NCBI GenBank assembly: GCA_050012855.1
Contig: JBEKGJ010000001.1
Span: 76,188-140,187, forward strand
Source: Verrucomicrobiota bacterium
GTDB lineage: Bacteria > Verrucomicrobiota > Verrucomicrobiia > Limisphaerales > J093
Direction: 5' to 3'
Length of the DNA: 64,000 nucleotides
Below are positions 29,991 to 38,184 of the stretch, one piece after another (position 1 is the stretch's first letter; every line of letters begins with the position of its first letter). The translations under genes and the position numbers were made by a program. Under the pieces are notes generated by a model. It was given only the letters and a program-made list of their open reading frames with translations, had not been told where the DNA came from and did no database searches.

Positions 29991-32363
29991 TCAGCGGTAC
30001 GTGATTTGCAGCACGGTCAGGGAAAGCCCCGGGAAACGGTGGTTAAACCGGGGAGAAGCAAGATGCAGTTTGGATTCGCGGGCCGTGATTCGTTCGGGCT
30101 CATCAAAGCTGTTCGCGGCATCCGGTTCACCGGCCCTCTGGCTGTCGGCCAGCGTCCAGACCGAGGCGGTTTTCAGGCTTGAGCCAAAAGCGGAAAAGTC
30201 CAAAGTTCGGGTTATATCTTGCAGTGTATCATTGACGGCAAAGAGGGTGACGCTATGCGAGTCGGCATTGAGGGTCGCGCTGAAGTCAGGTCCCAAGTCT
30301 GGCGGCAACCCGCCTTCAATTCGCAGCGGCTGTCTTCCTCCCCGGGTGGCGTACAACTGTTGGGCATAATAAGTAGGCGTCTTGAACAAACGATGATTGT
30401 CCGTTTGAATGATGCCGGAGCAAAAACTGTTGGCGAGGTTCGAGCGGTTGGCGATCTCGACGAAGTCGCAGTGGCGGTGCAGGAGGTTGTGGTAACGGGA
30501 ACAAGCCAGGGCGTTCACCAGCGACCATAACATCGCGCGCCGCGGGCCGGCGTCGCCGGCGGTGGTGTTCCATTCGGTGACGCCGATGCGGAGGCGGCCT
30601 TCCGCGGCGTTAGCGCGGATCATCTCCGCGATGGCCGTCAGGTCGCTGTTCATCCATGCGAGATCGTGGCTGTAATGGTGCGGACAGACGAAAGCGAGAA
30701 ACCCGCCGGCCGCCTTGATAACGCCGGGAGTGGGATACGAGGACATGAGGGCGATGTCGGGATCAACCGCTTTCATGGTCTGGCAAAATGCCGGCAGACG
30801 TTGCTCGTATTCCCGGCCGCCTTGTTCGTTGCCGATCTGCCAGTACTTGATTCGATAGGGCTCGGCATGGCCGTTGCGCGCCCGCCAGGCTCCCATCGGC
30901 GTGTTCGTCGCGCCGTTGAAGTACTCAACTTCCCCGGCGGCGTCCGTGGGCTGGCGACCGTTGATCCGCACACAAATCAGCGGCTCCGCTCCCACAGCGC
31001 GGCAAAACTGCACGATTTCCTCCAGCCCGGGTCCGACCGGCTGCAGCCCGCCCCAGGCGCGAAAGGGCCGGCGCCGGTCGGGATCGCCAACGGTGTCGCG
31101 CCACTCAAACTGGCCCAGACCCGGATCGTCCAGCGCGCTGCCACCAAACCGGATAATGCCCGGTTTCAGCGCGCGCACCGCCGCCACAACCTCGGGCCGC
31201 CAGCCACCGACCGTCTCGACCGGCATGAGTGACACGTTGTCCAGCCACAGAGTTCCGGGGCCGGAGAACTCGATCGTGAGCGTGGCATTCTCATCGCGCG
31301 CCTTTGGAACCAGGCGGCAACCGAACTTGTTCCAACCGCCGCCCGGCACGAATTCGCAAGCTGCATAAATGCGTGCGCCGTGGTGGAGGCGGACACGCAC
31401 CGGTTGGCGCAATCCCTCCGCCTTGAACCAGCATTGAAAATCGCAGGGCTGCGTTGGGCTGACGAAAATGCCGTCCTGGGACAGGCCCGCCGTGCCGGGC
31501 GTGCCGTCCGCGACGCTGATCTTGCGGGAAACCTCCCCGCTTACCTTCGTGGTGTGGTCAAGCGAGTATTCCGCCCGGTTGACTTCGCCGCTCGGATACC
31601 ACGGCTTCTCTTTGAAATCCGTTTCCTTGATGAACTCGAACTTGTAAGGGGTGAGTCCCTCGAAACTGCCGTCGTAGAGCTTTTCCGCCCACATTCCGGG
31701 GACGAGATTGCAGAGGTACTCGATGAACTGGCCATATTGCAGCGGGCTGATGCGGGCGGGAACCGCGGGCGCCCGCGTGATCCGAACCGGCCAGTCCTCC
31801 AACCGGACTTCCTGCAGCTTGAGATCGGCGAACCAGGCGGCGCCCGTGCCGGTGCCAAATCCGGCAAAAAACAAACAGAGACGGACACGGCCATCCACCG
31901 GGGCTTTGAAGAACACGCTGACCTCGGTCCAGTCCGTGTCACCCTTGAGATTCGGGCCCGTGGCAATAATGCCGCGGCCGGCGGGCTGCTGGACCTGCAA
32001 CGTGCCCAGGACGCGCGCGGTGTCCGGCTGCAAGGCGCGGGTCCGCACCCAGCCGCTGAAGCGATAGGCGCGGTTGGGGGCCACGAGGATTTCCTGGCCC
32101 AACGCCGTGTCGGAGGGCGCCGTGGTTTTGATGCACAGCGAGTACCCCGTGTCGGGCGACCGGCCGGCGTCCCGGAGAACTTCCGGCTGCGCCCCGTACA
32201 CCGTGAGTTCCCAACCATCCAACAACCGCTCCGAAGCAAAACGGGGGTTCGCGAGGGTCCCGCCCTCGGCGGCTTGCGAACAGACATTGCCCAAGAGACA
32301 TACGCTGGCAAGCTGGGCCGCGAAGACGGGCAACCAGCCGCGGCGTTTTCCAGGCTCGATCAT
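29991..32363 (-). CDS. alpha-L-arabinofuranosidase (GH51-like) with N-terminal CBM4/9-like module
   Basis: ORF 29991..32690 trimmed to the ATG at 32363 (MIEPGKRRGWLPVFAAQLASVCLLG signal). IRFGGSALDD, YWQIGNEQGG (GH51 acid/base box). C-terminal beta-sandwich. Confidence 0.85.
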   Translation of the reverse strand: MIEPGKRRGWLPVFAAQLASVCLLGNVCSQAAEGGTLANPRFASERLLDGWELTVYGAQPEVLRDAGRSPDTGYSLCIKTTAPSDTALGQEILVAPNRAYRFSGWVRTRALQPDTARVLGTLQVQQPAGRGIIATGPNLKGDTDWTEVSVFFKAPVDGRVRLCLFFAGFGTGTGAAWFADLKLQEVRLEDWPVRITRAPAVPARISPLQYGQFIEYLCNLVPGMWAEKLYDGSFEGLTPYKFEFIKETDFKEKPWYPSGEVNRAEYSLDHTTKVSGEVSRKISVADGTPGTAGLSQDGIFVSPTQPCDFQCWFKAEGLRQPVRVRLHHGARIYAACEFVPGGGWNKFGCRLVPKARDENATLTIEFSGPGTLWLDNVSLMPVETVGGWRPEVVAAVRALKPGIIRFGGSALDDPGLGQFEWRDTVGDPDRRRPFRAWGGLQPVGPGLEEIVQFCRAVGAEPLICVRINGRQPTDAAGEVEYFNGATNTPMGAWRARNGHAEPYRIKYWQIGNEQGGREYEQRLPAFCQTMKAVDPDIALMSSYPTPGVIKAAGGFLAFVCPHHYSHDLAWMNSDLTAIAEMIRANAAEGRLRIGVTEWNTTAGDAGPRRAMLWSLVNALACSRYHNLLHRHCDFVEIANRSNLANSFCSGIIQTDNHRLFKTPTYYAQQLYATRGGRQPLRIEGGLPPDLGPDFSATLNADSHSVTLFAVNDTLQDITRTLDFSAFGSSLKTASVWTLADSQRAGEPDAANSFDEPERITARESKLHLASPRFNHRFPGLSLTVLQITYR

Positions 32364-33072
32364 GCTCGATTGATCCCAGGCTCGCTCACGAAAGCAACGC
32401 TTTTTGCGCGTGTTTCTTGCGCGCGCCCATGAGCCTTTGGCAGCAAAAGAAGCCTCCCGTTCCTTTCGGACCTGATCACGGACTATGAACCGATGCAAAA
32501 GCGCGGGCTTCTCCCTCTCCGCCTTGGGGAGAGGGCCAGGGTGAGGTGCTTCTGCCCGTCGCCCCCCAGACAGCGCGGACGCAAACATCGGCAAGCACAA
32601 ACAGAACATCGTCTTTACAAACTGCTTGAGCGGTTCTCGCTGCGGCCCACTGCATTTCACCATTCCTCGCTGGCGACCGGGACACTCCATGCGCGCGCCG
32701 CGTGCCAGTGAAGCCGCGTGAGCGGTGAGCGGTGGACAGTCGTTCCGTCATCCGGCAATCCGGCGTGTCGCCACGGGACGCTGGGGGCTGAATCCAGAAT
32801 CGAGCCGCCACAAGCCGCCACAGAAAGCACAATGGGTTTCAGGCGACGGGTGCCAGTGAGCACAGACCGCGAGAGGCTGGTTACTGCGGTCGGCAGGCCG
32901 GGCGCCACCGTTTCGCCTGGGGCACGGCCCCATGAACTGCGTCCCCTGCGGGCGAGCGTGGCCTGTCCGTGAACACAGCCCGGCGACGGCAACATGCCAA
33001 AATCAAGAGCTCCGTCGTAAAAAGCACCATACTACGGACCGCCCCTTCATGCACCAAAAGTCAGGCCGATAA

Positions 33073-33681
33073 TCAGCAAACAGAACAAGAAGCCACTGAA
33101 CTCAGCGATGACATAAGGAAGAGGCCGGAACGCCGTAACGAACTCTCGCGCTGTGTAGCGTGCCCGCTGCATAGAAAAGCGGACTTCGCGTCCGGAGGGT
33201 TCGATGGCTGAAGACCGGCACCTGCCACCCACCTCGTCAGGAGAATGTAGATGTCGAGAAGTGAAACGACCCCGGAAGCATAAACCGAAAAGCGACCACA
33301 CATCTTGTCCAGAACAACGGCATTAAAACCAACGACCGCTGCAGTGAACCAAAACTGCTCGTCTCGGTAGTTTGAATGGGTTTCGCTCACGATGTGGGTC
33401 GAGTATGGCTAACTCCAACGCTGAGGCGCAGCCGCCAGAACAACCGAAAGGACAACCATAAAACAAAACCAAACGAATGCGGACAGGCTGGCGGCTGTTG
33501 CCTCCAGAACCTTGTTAGCCATCAACATACCACCCAGAACAAATACGACTTGGGTTGAGGACTTGTTGTGGCGGGAAGAAAACACCGTAAACGCAACTTT
33601 GCCCCTCTCATGTAGAGAATTTTTGCTTTTACTAGATCGTCCGGCGATAATGGTTCTGGCGGCCAGAACTCCCCAGCGCAT
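33073..33681 (-). pseudogene. cassette-3 membrane-protein ORF interrupted by a single in-frame TAG
   Basis: ORFs 33409..33681 and 33073..33390 are in the same frame, separated only by the TAG at 33409-33411 plus 6 codons. Both parts are rich in hydrophobic helices (SAFVWFCFMVVLSVVLAAA; FWFTAAVVGFNAVVL; VVSLLDIYILL). Confidence 0.4.
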
Positions 33682-33837
33682 CGCTCGCTATCATACGATG
33701 CTGGTCCGATGGAAAGACAGTGGTGCTCGTGATCCAGAATCATTACTTCTTCCGTGGTATCCTGAGATTTGGAAGCGGTCCTATCTGGCAACTCTTGATT
33801 GTCTGTGTGCATATTTTGAAGTGGATGCGGCGTTAAA

Positions 33838-33939
33838 GTCTAACGCAAAGGTCAGCGACGGGAGCCGGCCGCCGATGATTTTCGATTTGTCCTGCAAGCT
33901 GAGCGGCTGGCTCCCGTTCGCTGGACCGAATTGTTGAAC
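33838..33939 (-). repeat. attC site 2 (102 nt)
   Basis: Read on the minus strand: R'' GTTCAAC (fits RYYYAAC), 8 nt after the cassette stop. Arms ACGGGAGCCAGCCGC / GCGGCCGGCTCCCGT, with unpaired extra bases in the outer stem. R' GTTAGAC (fits GTTRRRY). Confidence 0.75.
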
Positions 33940-33946
33940 GCATTCT

Positions 33947-35614
33947 TCAAATCCTTCCATACTTGTAACGCCCGATTATCTGAGCGTTGAGGTAACGTCC
34001 CTTCGACGGAGCACTGAGCAAGGCTGTATAGACCGGTTCTGGCACTGATTGATAGAAATATCGAGATCCACTCTTGAATGCCACGTAGAGGGTCTGCGCG
34101 TTGCTGTCGTAGCAGACACCGGCAATGTCCGATGACTCCACCGGCACGAAGGTGATGCCACCCGACACGATGGGAGCGTCCGGCACGGGAGGCCGTGCCT
34201 CGGTACGAGGCATGCTGCCCAACGCATCGGACGGCCTCGCGCCCGATAGGGCATTTACGGATACCCTACCAAGGTAGTCAGTGAGAACATTCTCGAAGGA
34301 CCGAGTACAGTCTGCCGCGCCGGAGACGGTGTGTGCGCACTCGTGCAGCAGCGTTCCCGCAAATGTTGAAAGCAAGCGCAGTTGCGTCCGCTTCACAATC
34401 ACCGCCTTGAGATTGCTGTCCCATGCTCCTTTGGTGTCGTCTTCTGACGTGCGCATGGTTTGGGAAACCAAAATCCGTGGTATATCTCTCTGGCGGAGAC
34501 CAACCAGGCCGAGTATCTGATATCGACTTTGCCATACCACGCGCTCATTCTCTGTAAACTCATTCTCTTCCACAAACTCGTACTGGAAACTTTCATTGAC
34601 CGACTGAATCCACGTACGCAAAGTCTGAAACGGCGCTGCGCCTTGCTCGGCCTGTTGGTCTGCGCGCTGTTTTTCTCGGTCTGTGACCAAAACAATGTTA
34701 CGGCCGTCACTCTTGATGTCCTCAACAAGTTCTGGCCGTGCCTTGATCTCTGTCTGCGAAATCACAACCACATTTAGCTTCTTGGCCAACTCGTTCAACG
34801 CTTTGTGTGAGATGTCGACCCATGTCAGTTCCTCCGGTAGCTCGCCTTCGTCCCTGCGTGCGTACGCTGAGGCAAGCGGTTCCAGAACAGGAGGCGCGTT
34901 CGAGGATTTCAGTATCTGGCGTATGCGATCCGCATACACCGACCTGCCGACATTAACCCGTTCACGATTGAGGGCTTTTCGCATGGGCTCGGTGAGACTC
35001 GTGACGTTGTACGAAAACAGGAAGGTGGGTTCGGCGTTAACCCACACACCATTGACGAACACCTCCGACCCTGCTGATGGGGCCGCAATTACCTGGCCAA
35101 AGGGTGTGGCGTCAAGAACGCGGTGTTCCCTGAAGCGGAGAAACATTCCTCTCGCCTTTTCGATGGCGGCGTCGGGTACGCCGGTAAGAATGAAGTCAGT
35201 ACCGCGCGACGACTGACCTGTGGGCTCGTGCGAGATGTGAAGCGTGGTTATTCCATCGAAATTGTGCTTTGCCGCCTTGGTCAGAGTGAAGGTGCCATGT
35301 TGAGACCGGATGGCAACGCTCACGTGATGCCGATCAAGGGCGGCAAGGGCGTCTTTCAGGCCGACCCCAAACTTGCCGATCACGCCGTCTGCCCCCATCT
35401 TCTCCCGGTTTTCGTTGAGTGTGAAGTGTTCAATCCTGATGCCGCGGCCATAGTCCTGGATATGCCAGCGTCCGGCATTGTCCTTGGCGATAGTGATGGG
35501 CTCCGTCCCGCTCAGCATACACTCATCGAGGGCATTGGCTATGATCTCACGGAGTCCGTGTTCAACTTCCCAATGCTCAAGAACCGTCTCGATATTGAGG
35601 TCAAATAGAGGCAT
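33947..35614 (-). CDS. integron-cassette protein: GHKL (Bergerat-fold, MORC/HATPase_c_3-like) ATPase, then unknown middle region, HExxH metallopeptidase-like motif and C-terminal KTSC domain
   Basis: N box E23-IIAN27-ALD30, G1 box D54-Y-G-R-G58, G2 box G80-KFGVG. H424-ECA-H428 is encoded at 34331-34345. The C-terminal ~65 aa carry the YxY motif (GSRYFYQSVPEPVYTALLSAPSKGRYLN), typical of KTSC. Confidence 0.85.
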   Translation of the reverse strand: MPLFDLNIETVLEHWEVEHGLREIIANALDECMLSGTEPITIAKDNAGRWHIQDYGRGIRIEHFTLNENREKMGADGVIGKFGVGLKDALAALDRHHVSVAIRSQHGTFTLTKAAKHNFDGITTLHISHEPTGQSSRGTDFILTGVPDAAIEKARGMFLRFREHRVLDATPFGQVIAAPSAGSEVFVNGVWVNAEPTFLFSYNVTSLTEPMRKALNRERVNVGRSVYADRIRQILKSSNAPPVLEPLASAYARRDEGELPEELTWVDISHKALNELAKKLNVVVISQTEIKARPELVEDIKSDGRNIVLVTDREKQRADQQAEQGAAPFQTLRTWIQSVNESFQYEFVEENEFTENERVVWQSRYQILGLVGLRQRDIPRILVSQTMRTSEDDTKGAWDSNLKAVIVKRTQLRLLSTFAGTLLHECAHTVSGAADCTRSFENVLTDYLGRVSVNALSGARPSDALGSMPRTEARPPVPDAPIVSGGITFVPVESSDIAGVCYDSNAQTLYVAFKSGSRYFYQSVPEPVYTALLSAPSKGRYLNAQIIGRYKYGRI

Positions 35615-35640
35615 GACGCGCGAAACTCTCTGTTCTTATC

Positions 35641-35742
35641 GTCCGACGTTCAGCATCAGCGGCGGGAGCCAGCCGCCACTGACGCACGGATCGGGATTGA
35701 CCTGAACGGCTGGCGCCCATCCGCTGAATGCTGTGGTTGGAG
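35641..35742 (-). repeat. attC site 1 (102 nt, core degenerate)
   Basis: Same length as attC2, with homologous arms (CAGCGGATGGGCGCCAGCCG / CGGCTGGCTCCCGCCGCTG). R'' is CTCCAAC. R' is GTCGGAC (T-to-C change in the GTT core). Confidence 0.6.
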
Positions 35743-35775
35743 CTCATGATGGAGGCGTCCCTTCTTCGGCGCCTG

Positions 35776-36114
35776 CTAGGGTCCGTCGAGGACGAAGTCG
35801 CAGCCCGAGACAGCATCGCTCGCCTCGGCCTTGCGGATTAGCTCCACCTGGCCCTGATCCAGCGAATCGACACCTTGGGCCAATAACACCCTCTCGGCTG
35901 ACGTCTGGCCCAAGCCGCCGAGATTCTCCGCCGGCGCCACTGGCACCCTGGGATCGTAAACGAGCTTGAGGACATAACGCCCGTCTTGGCGGGGCAGCGA
36001 GGCTTCCATATATCCGGCTGAGATGTCACCCTCGTCGTTCTTGACGGCTAGCCGTTTGTGGTGAAGGCCCTCGCGTTGGAGGGTCGGATGTTTCACGTAA
36101 TGGAGCGTGTTCAT
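35776..36114 (-). CDS. hypothetical protein, first integron cassette
   Basis: 112-aa ORF with ATG at 36114, 23 nt after the candidate attI crossover. No motif recognised. Confidence 0.5.
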   Translation of the reverse strand: MNTLHYVKHPTLQREGLHHKRLAVKNDEGDISAGYMEASLPRQDGRYVLKLVYDPRVPVAPAENLGGLGQTSAERVLLAQGVDSLDQGQVELIRKAEASDAVSGCDFVLDGP

Positions 36115-36131
36115 ATTGGTTCTAGCCTATG

Positions 36132-36138
36132 ATCCAAC
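36132..36138 (-). other. candidate attI recombination core (GTTGGAT on minus strand)
   Basis: Fits GTTRRRY. Lies between intI (start 36257) and the first cassette ORF, at the same ~22-nt distance to the ATG as in cassette 2. Confidence 0.35.
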
Positions 36139-36256
36139 CGTTGATTAACATGTCATTTTGACGTGATAATATGATATTGGCGGGGTTTTACCGCCCCCCC
36201 TTCTTGACCGGCGGTAATGTCCGGGTCATCATGGAATAAACACTCGTTGGAACCGG

Positions 36257-36981
36257 ATGGACAGTCAAGCCAGAACGCCGAAGCTTTTGGATCGGGTGCG
36301 CCAGGTGATGCGGTTGCACCACTACTCCCTGCACACCGAACGGGCCGACGTGGACTGGATCAGACGCTATGTCCATTTCCATCGGATGCAACGGCGCGAA
36401 GACCTGGACGGCGGGGAGGCCAAGATCGAGGCGTTTCTGAGCGACCTGGCGGTGAACGGGCGGGTGGTCCCGGCGACTCAGAACCAAGCAATGAACGCGC
36501 TGGTCTTCCTGTACAAACACATGCTGAACGTGCCGCTGGATCAAGCGATTCAGGCGGTGCGGGCGGAGCGCGAGACGAACGTGCCGGTGGTGCTGACGCG
36601 CGGCGAGGTGGCCCAAGTCCTTCCGTTGGTCGAAGGGGTGTCGCACCTGGTGGTGAAGTTGCTGGATGACTTGGCGGGGTGAGGCCCGCGGGTCGTTGAC
36701 GGAACAGAAGCGAGTCGGCGGCTCGTGCGTAGGGTGGATTTATGACAGAAGCGGTCGGAAATGGGACCGAGAAAAGTTGGAATTGGGAAGGCCAGAGGAT
36801 GTCGCGGCCCAGCGGTCCGCGAGCCACCTGGCGAACAAGCAGGTACGGACGCGCTGCGCGTGAAGGGGTCTTTGTATTGGTAAGTGCCGTCAGCCCAGAA
36901 CTCCGGGCCGTTCCTCTCCCCCACCAGGGCCTCGCGGTCGCGGGGGTAGCGGGCGGCTTGAGTTCCTGGCCTTGTGGATAA
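36257..36981 (+). pseudogene. intI: integron integrase (IntI-like tyrosine recombinase), frameshifted and truncated
   Basis: ORF 36257..36682 matches the IntI N-terminal pattern (YSLHTERADVDWIRRYVHFH, IEAFLSDLAVNGRVVPATQNQAMNALVFLYKHML, NVPVVLTRGEV) but stops at ...KLLDDLAG where LLYGxGxR is expected. Weak IntI-like traces continue in other frames (WIYDRSGRKWDRE; VPLPHQGLAVAGVAGGLSSWP). No catalytic C-terminus remains. Confidence 0.8.
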
Positions 36982-37047
36982 CGCCGCGAGCGGTGCAGTT
37001 GACTTTCGGCAACCCGACGGGAATGACACCGCGCCAGCAAGGAGCAT

Positions 37048-37482
37048 TCATGGTTTCACCTTCAACCCCGCCGCTTTCGCCAAAGCCGTCTGCCGCGTGT
37101 CGCAGGTCAGAAACTCGGTGGCCTTTAACGCCAGCGCCAGCCCGACGTGCAGCAGGTCAATGCTGCGCATGCCGAGCCTCTCCGTGTGGGTTCCCGCCAG
37201 TTCCTCGGAATGCCGGAACGTGTCGGTCCACGGGATGGGCACATGCGCCAGGATGTTGTCGGCGAGGTCGGACTCGATTCCTTGAAACGCCAGGTTGCGT
37301 TGCGCCGGCGTGATTTCGCCGCGAAAGACGCGCCGGCGAATCGCGTGCCGCAGTTCGTGGCGATGCAGGGGGGTGAACGGGAGCGGTTCCCGGGCCTTCT
37401 GGAGCCACAGCAACACCTTCGGGGAATCGGCATGTGGGGTGTAAACCCGGGCCAGGAAACTCGTGTCGGCGTAGGCGGGCAT
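37048..37482 (-). CDS. vapC: PIN-domain toxin VapC
   Basis: MPAYADTSFL (N-terminal Asp), ...HRHELRHA..., SIDLLHV, LTCD. 144 aa. Confidence 0.85.
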   Translation of the reverse strand: MPAYADTSFLARVYTPHADSPKVLLWLQKAREPLPFTPLHRHELRHAIRRRVFRGEITPAQRNLAFQGIESDLADNILAHVPIPWTDTFRHSEELAGTHTERLGMRSIDLLHVGLALALKATEFLTCDTRQTALAKAAGLKVKP

Positions 37483-37484
37483 AC

Positions 37485-37525
37485 TGGAAGGTTGAAGGTT
37501 GAGAGTTGAGGGTTGAGGGAATTGC
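37485..37525. repeat. heptamer tandem repeat inserted between vapB and vapC
   Basis: Plus strand: CTGGAAG GTTGAAG GTTGAGA GTTGAGG GTTGAGG GAATTGC. Confidence 0.8.
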
Positions 37526-37578
37526 GCGCCCCCGATTCTCTCCCTCGTAGCCAGGGCGGCGGGTGGGCAGGCGCGGCA

Positions 37579-37827
37579 TCAGTACGGCCGGGATTCACGT
37601 TCTTCCACGACCACATCGCCCGGCAACACGACGTCGCCGTAGATGCGTTGGAGCCGCGCGGCGAAGTCGGGACGCTGCTTCGGTCGGGGGGACTTCGAGG
37701 CCGGTGGCGGAGCGAGCAGCGCGATGATTCTGCCACGTTTGCTGATGGCCACCGGCTCGCCCTGTTCCACCCAGGCAAAGACACTGCCAAAATCGTGCCG
37801 CAGTTTCCGCAAGGTCGCCGTCTTCAT
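37579..37827 (-). CDS. Phd/YefM-like antitoxin (VapB partner)
   Basis: ATG at 37827. MKTATLRKLRHDFGSVFAWVEQGEPVAISKRGRIIALL is a typical antitoxin N-terminus. Lies upstream of vapC. Confidence 0.7.
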   Translation of the reverse strand: MKTATLRKLRHDFGSVFAWVEQGEPVAISKRGRIIALLAPPPASKSPRPKQRPDFAARLQRIYGDVVLPGDVVVEERESRPY

Positions 37828-38184
37828 GTGCAACAAGTATGTTTAACTTCGTGCGGAAGTCAATCGGGCAAATCTCTCCCCCGCGCAGACATGCGTGGCG
37901 GGGTCGGTCCGTAGTATCGTGCTTTGACGACTCTGCACTTGATTCTGGCTTGGTACCATCGGCCGGGCTGCGTTCACGGATCGGCCACGCCATACGCGGG
38001 CTTTTTTTCGCGAATCTTTTTCGAGGCGGCTAGAGCAGCGGCAGCGCCGGCCACGGCAGAAATCTCCGGCAGTTGAGGGCCGCTGCTGGCCACTCAACTC
38101 TCATCCATCATCCGCCTCACGCCACCGCCACCACCGGTTGCGCCGGGAAATCCACCTGTGCCGCCGCCGCCGGTTCGACGCCGC

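Larger units (their letters stand above)
33000..36981. mobile_element. decayed chromosomal integron: intI pseudogene (+) with a divergent minus-strand cassette array (left boundary uncertain)
   Basis: IntI-like N-terminus at 36257, GTTGGAT core 23 nt upstream of the first cassette ORF, two homologous 102-nt attC sites, lower-GC cargo all on the minus strand. Confidence 0.7.

Noticed and set aside
32784-32804. GGGGCTGAATCCAGAATCGAG resembles the 5' end of tmRNA (GGGGCUGAUUCUGGAUUCGAC).
   Set aside because: No T-arm (GGTTCGAATCC-like), no matching 3' acceptor strand with CCA, and no tag reading frame within the following ~400 nt. The central part is the complement of the consensus, not a match.
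32674-32985. RNase P RNA-like arrangement: CGACCGGG..CUCCAU at 32674 could pair with ACAGCCCGGCG at about 32975-32985 (P4-like, ~312 nt apart), with UGCCAGUGA loops in between.
   Set aside because: The near-universal CR-I GGAAAGUCC with its bulged U is absent, as are the GGUAAGAGCGCACC, GAGCAAG..CAAAUAGG and GGGUAGG blocks. Kept only as evidence that the region may be structured.
36974-37285. The plus-frame translation ...IHGFTFNPAAFAKAVCRVSQV looks like the IntI HHxxxxxFQRAFKxAV box, suggesting the intI remnant extends further.
   Set aside because: This stretch is antisense to an intact PIN-domain vapC gene (TALAKAAGLKV). The resemblance is an Ala-codon complement artefact.
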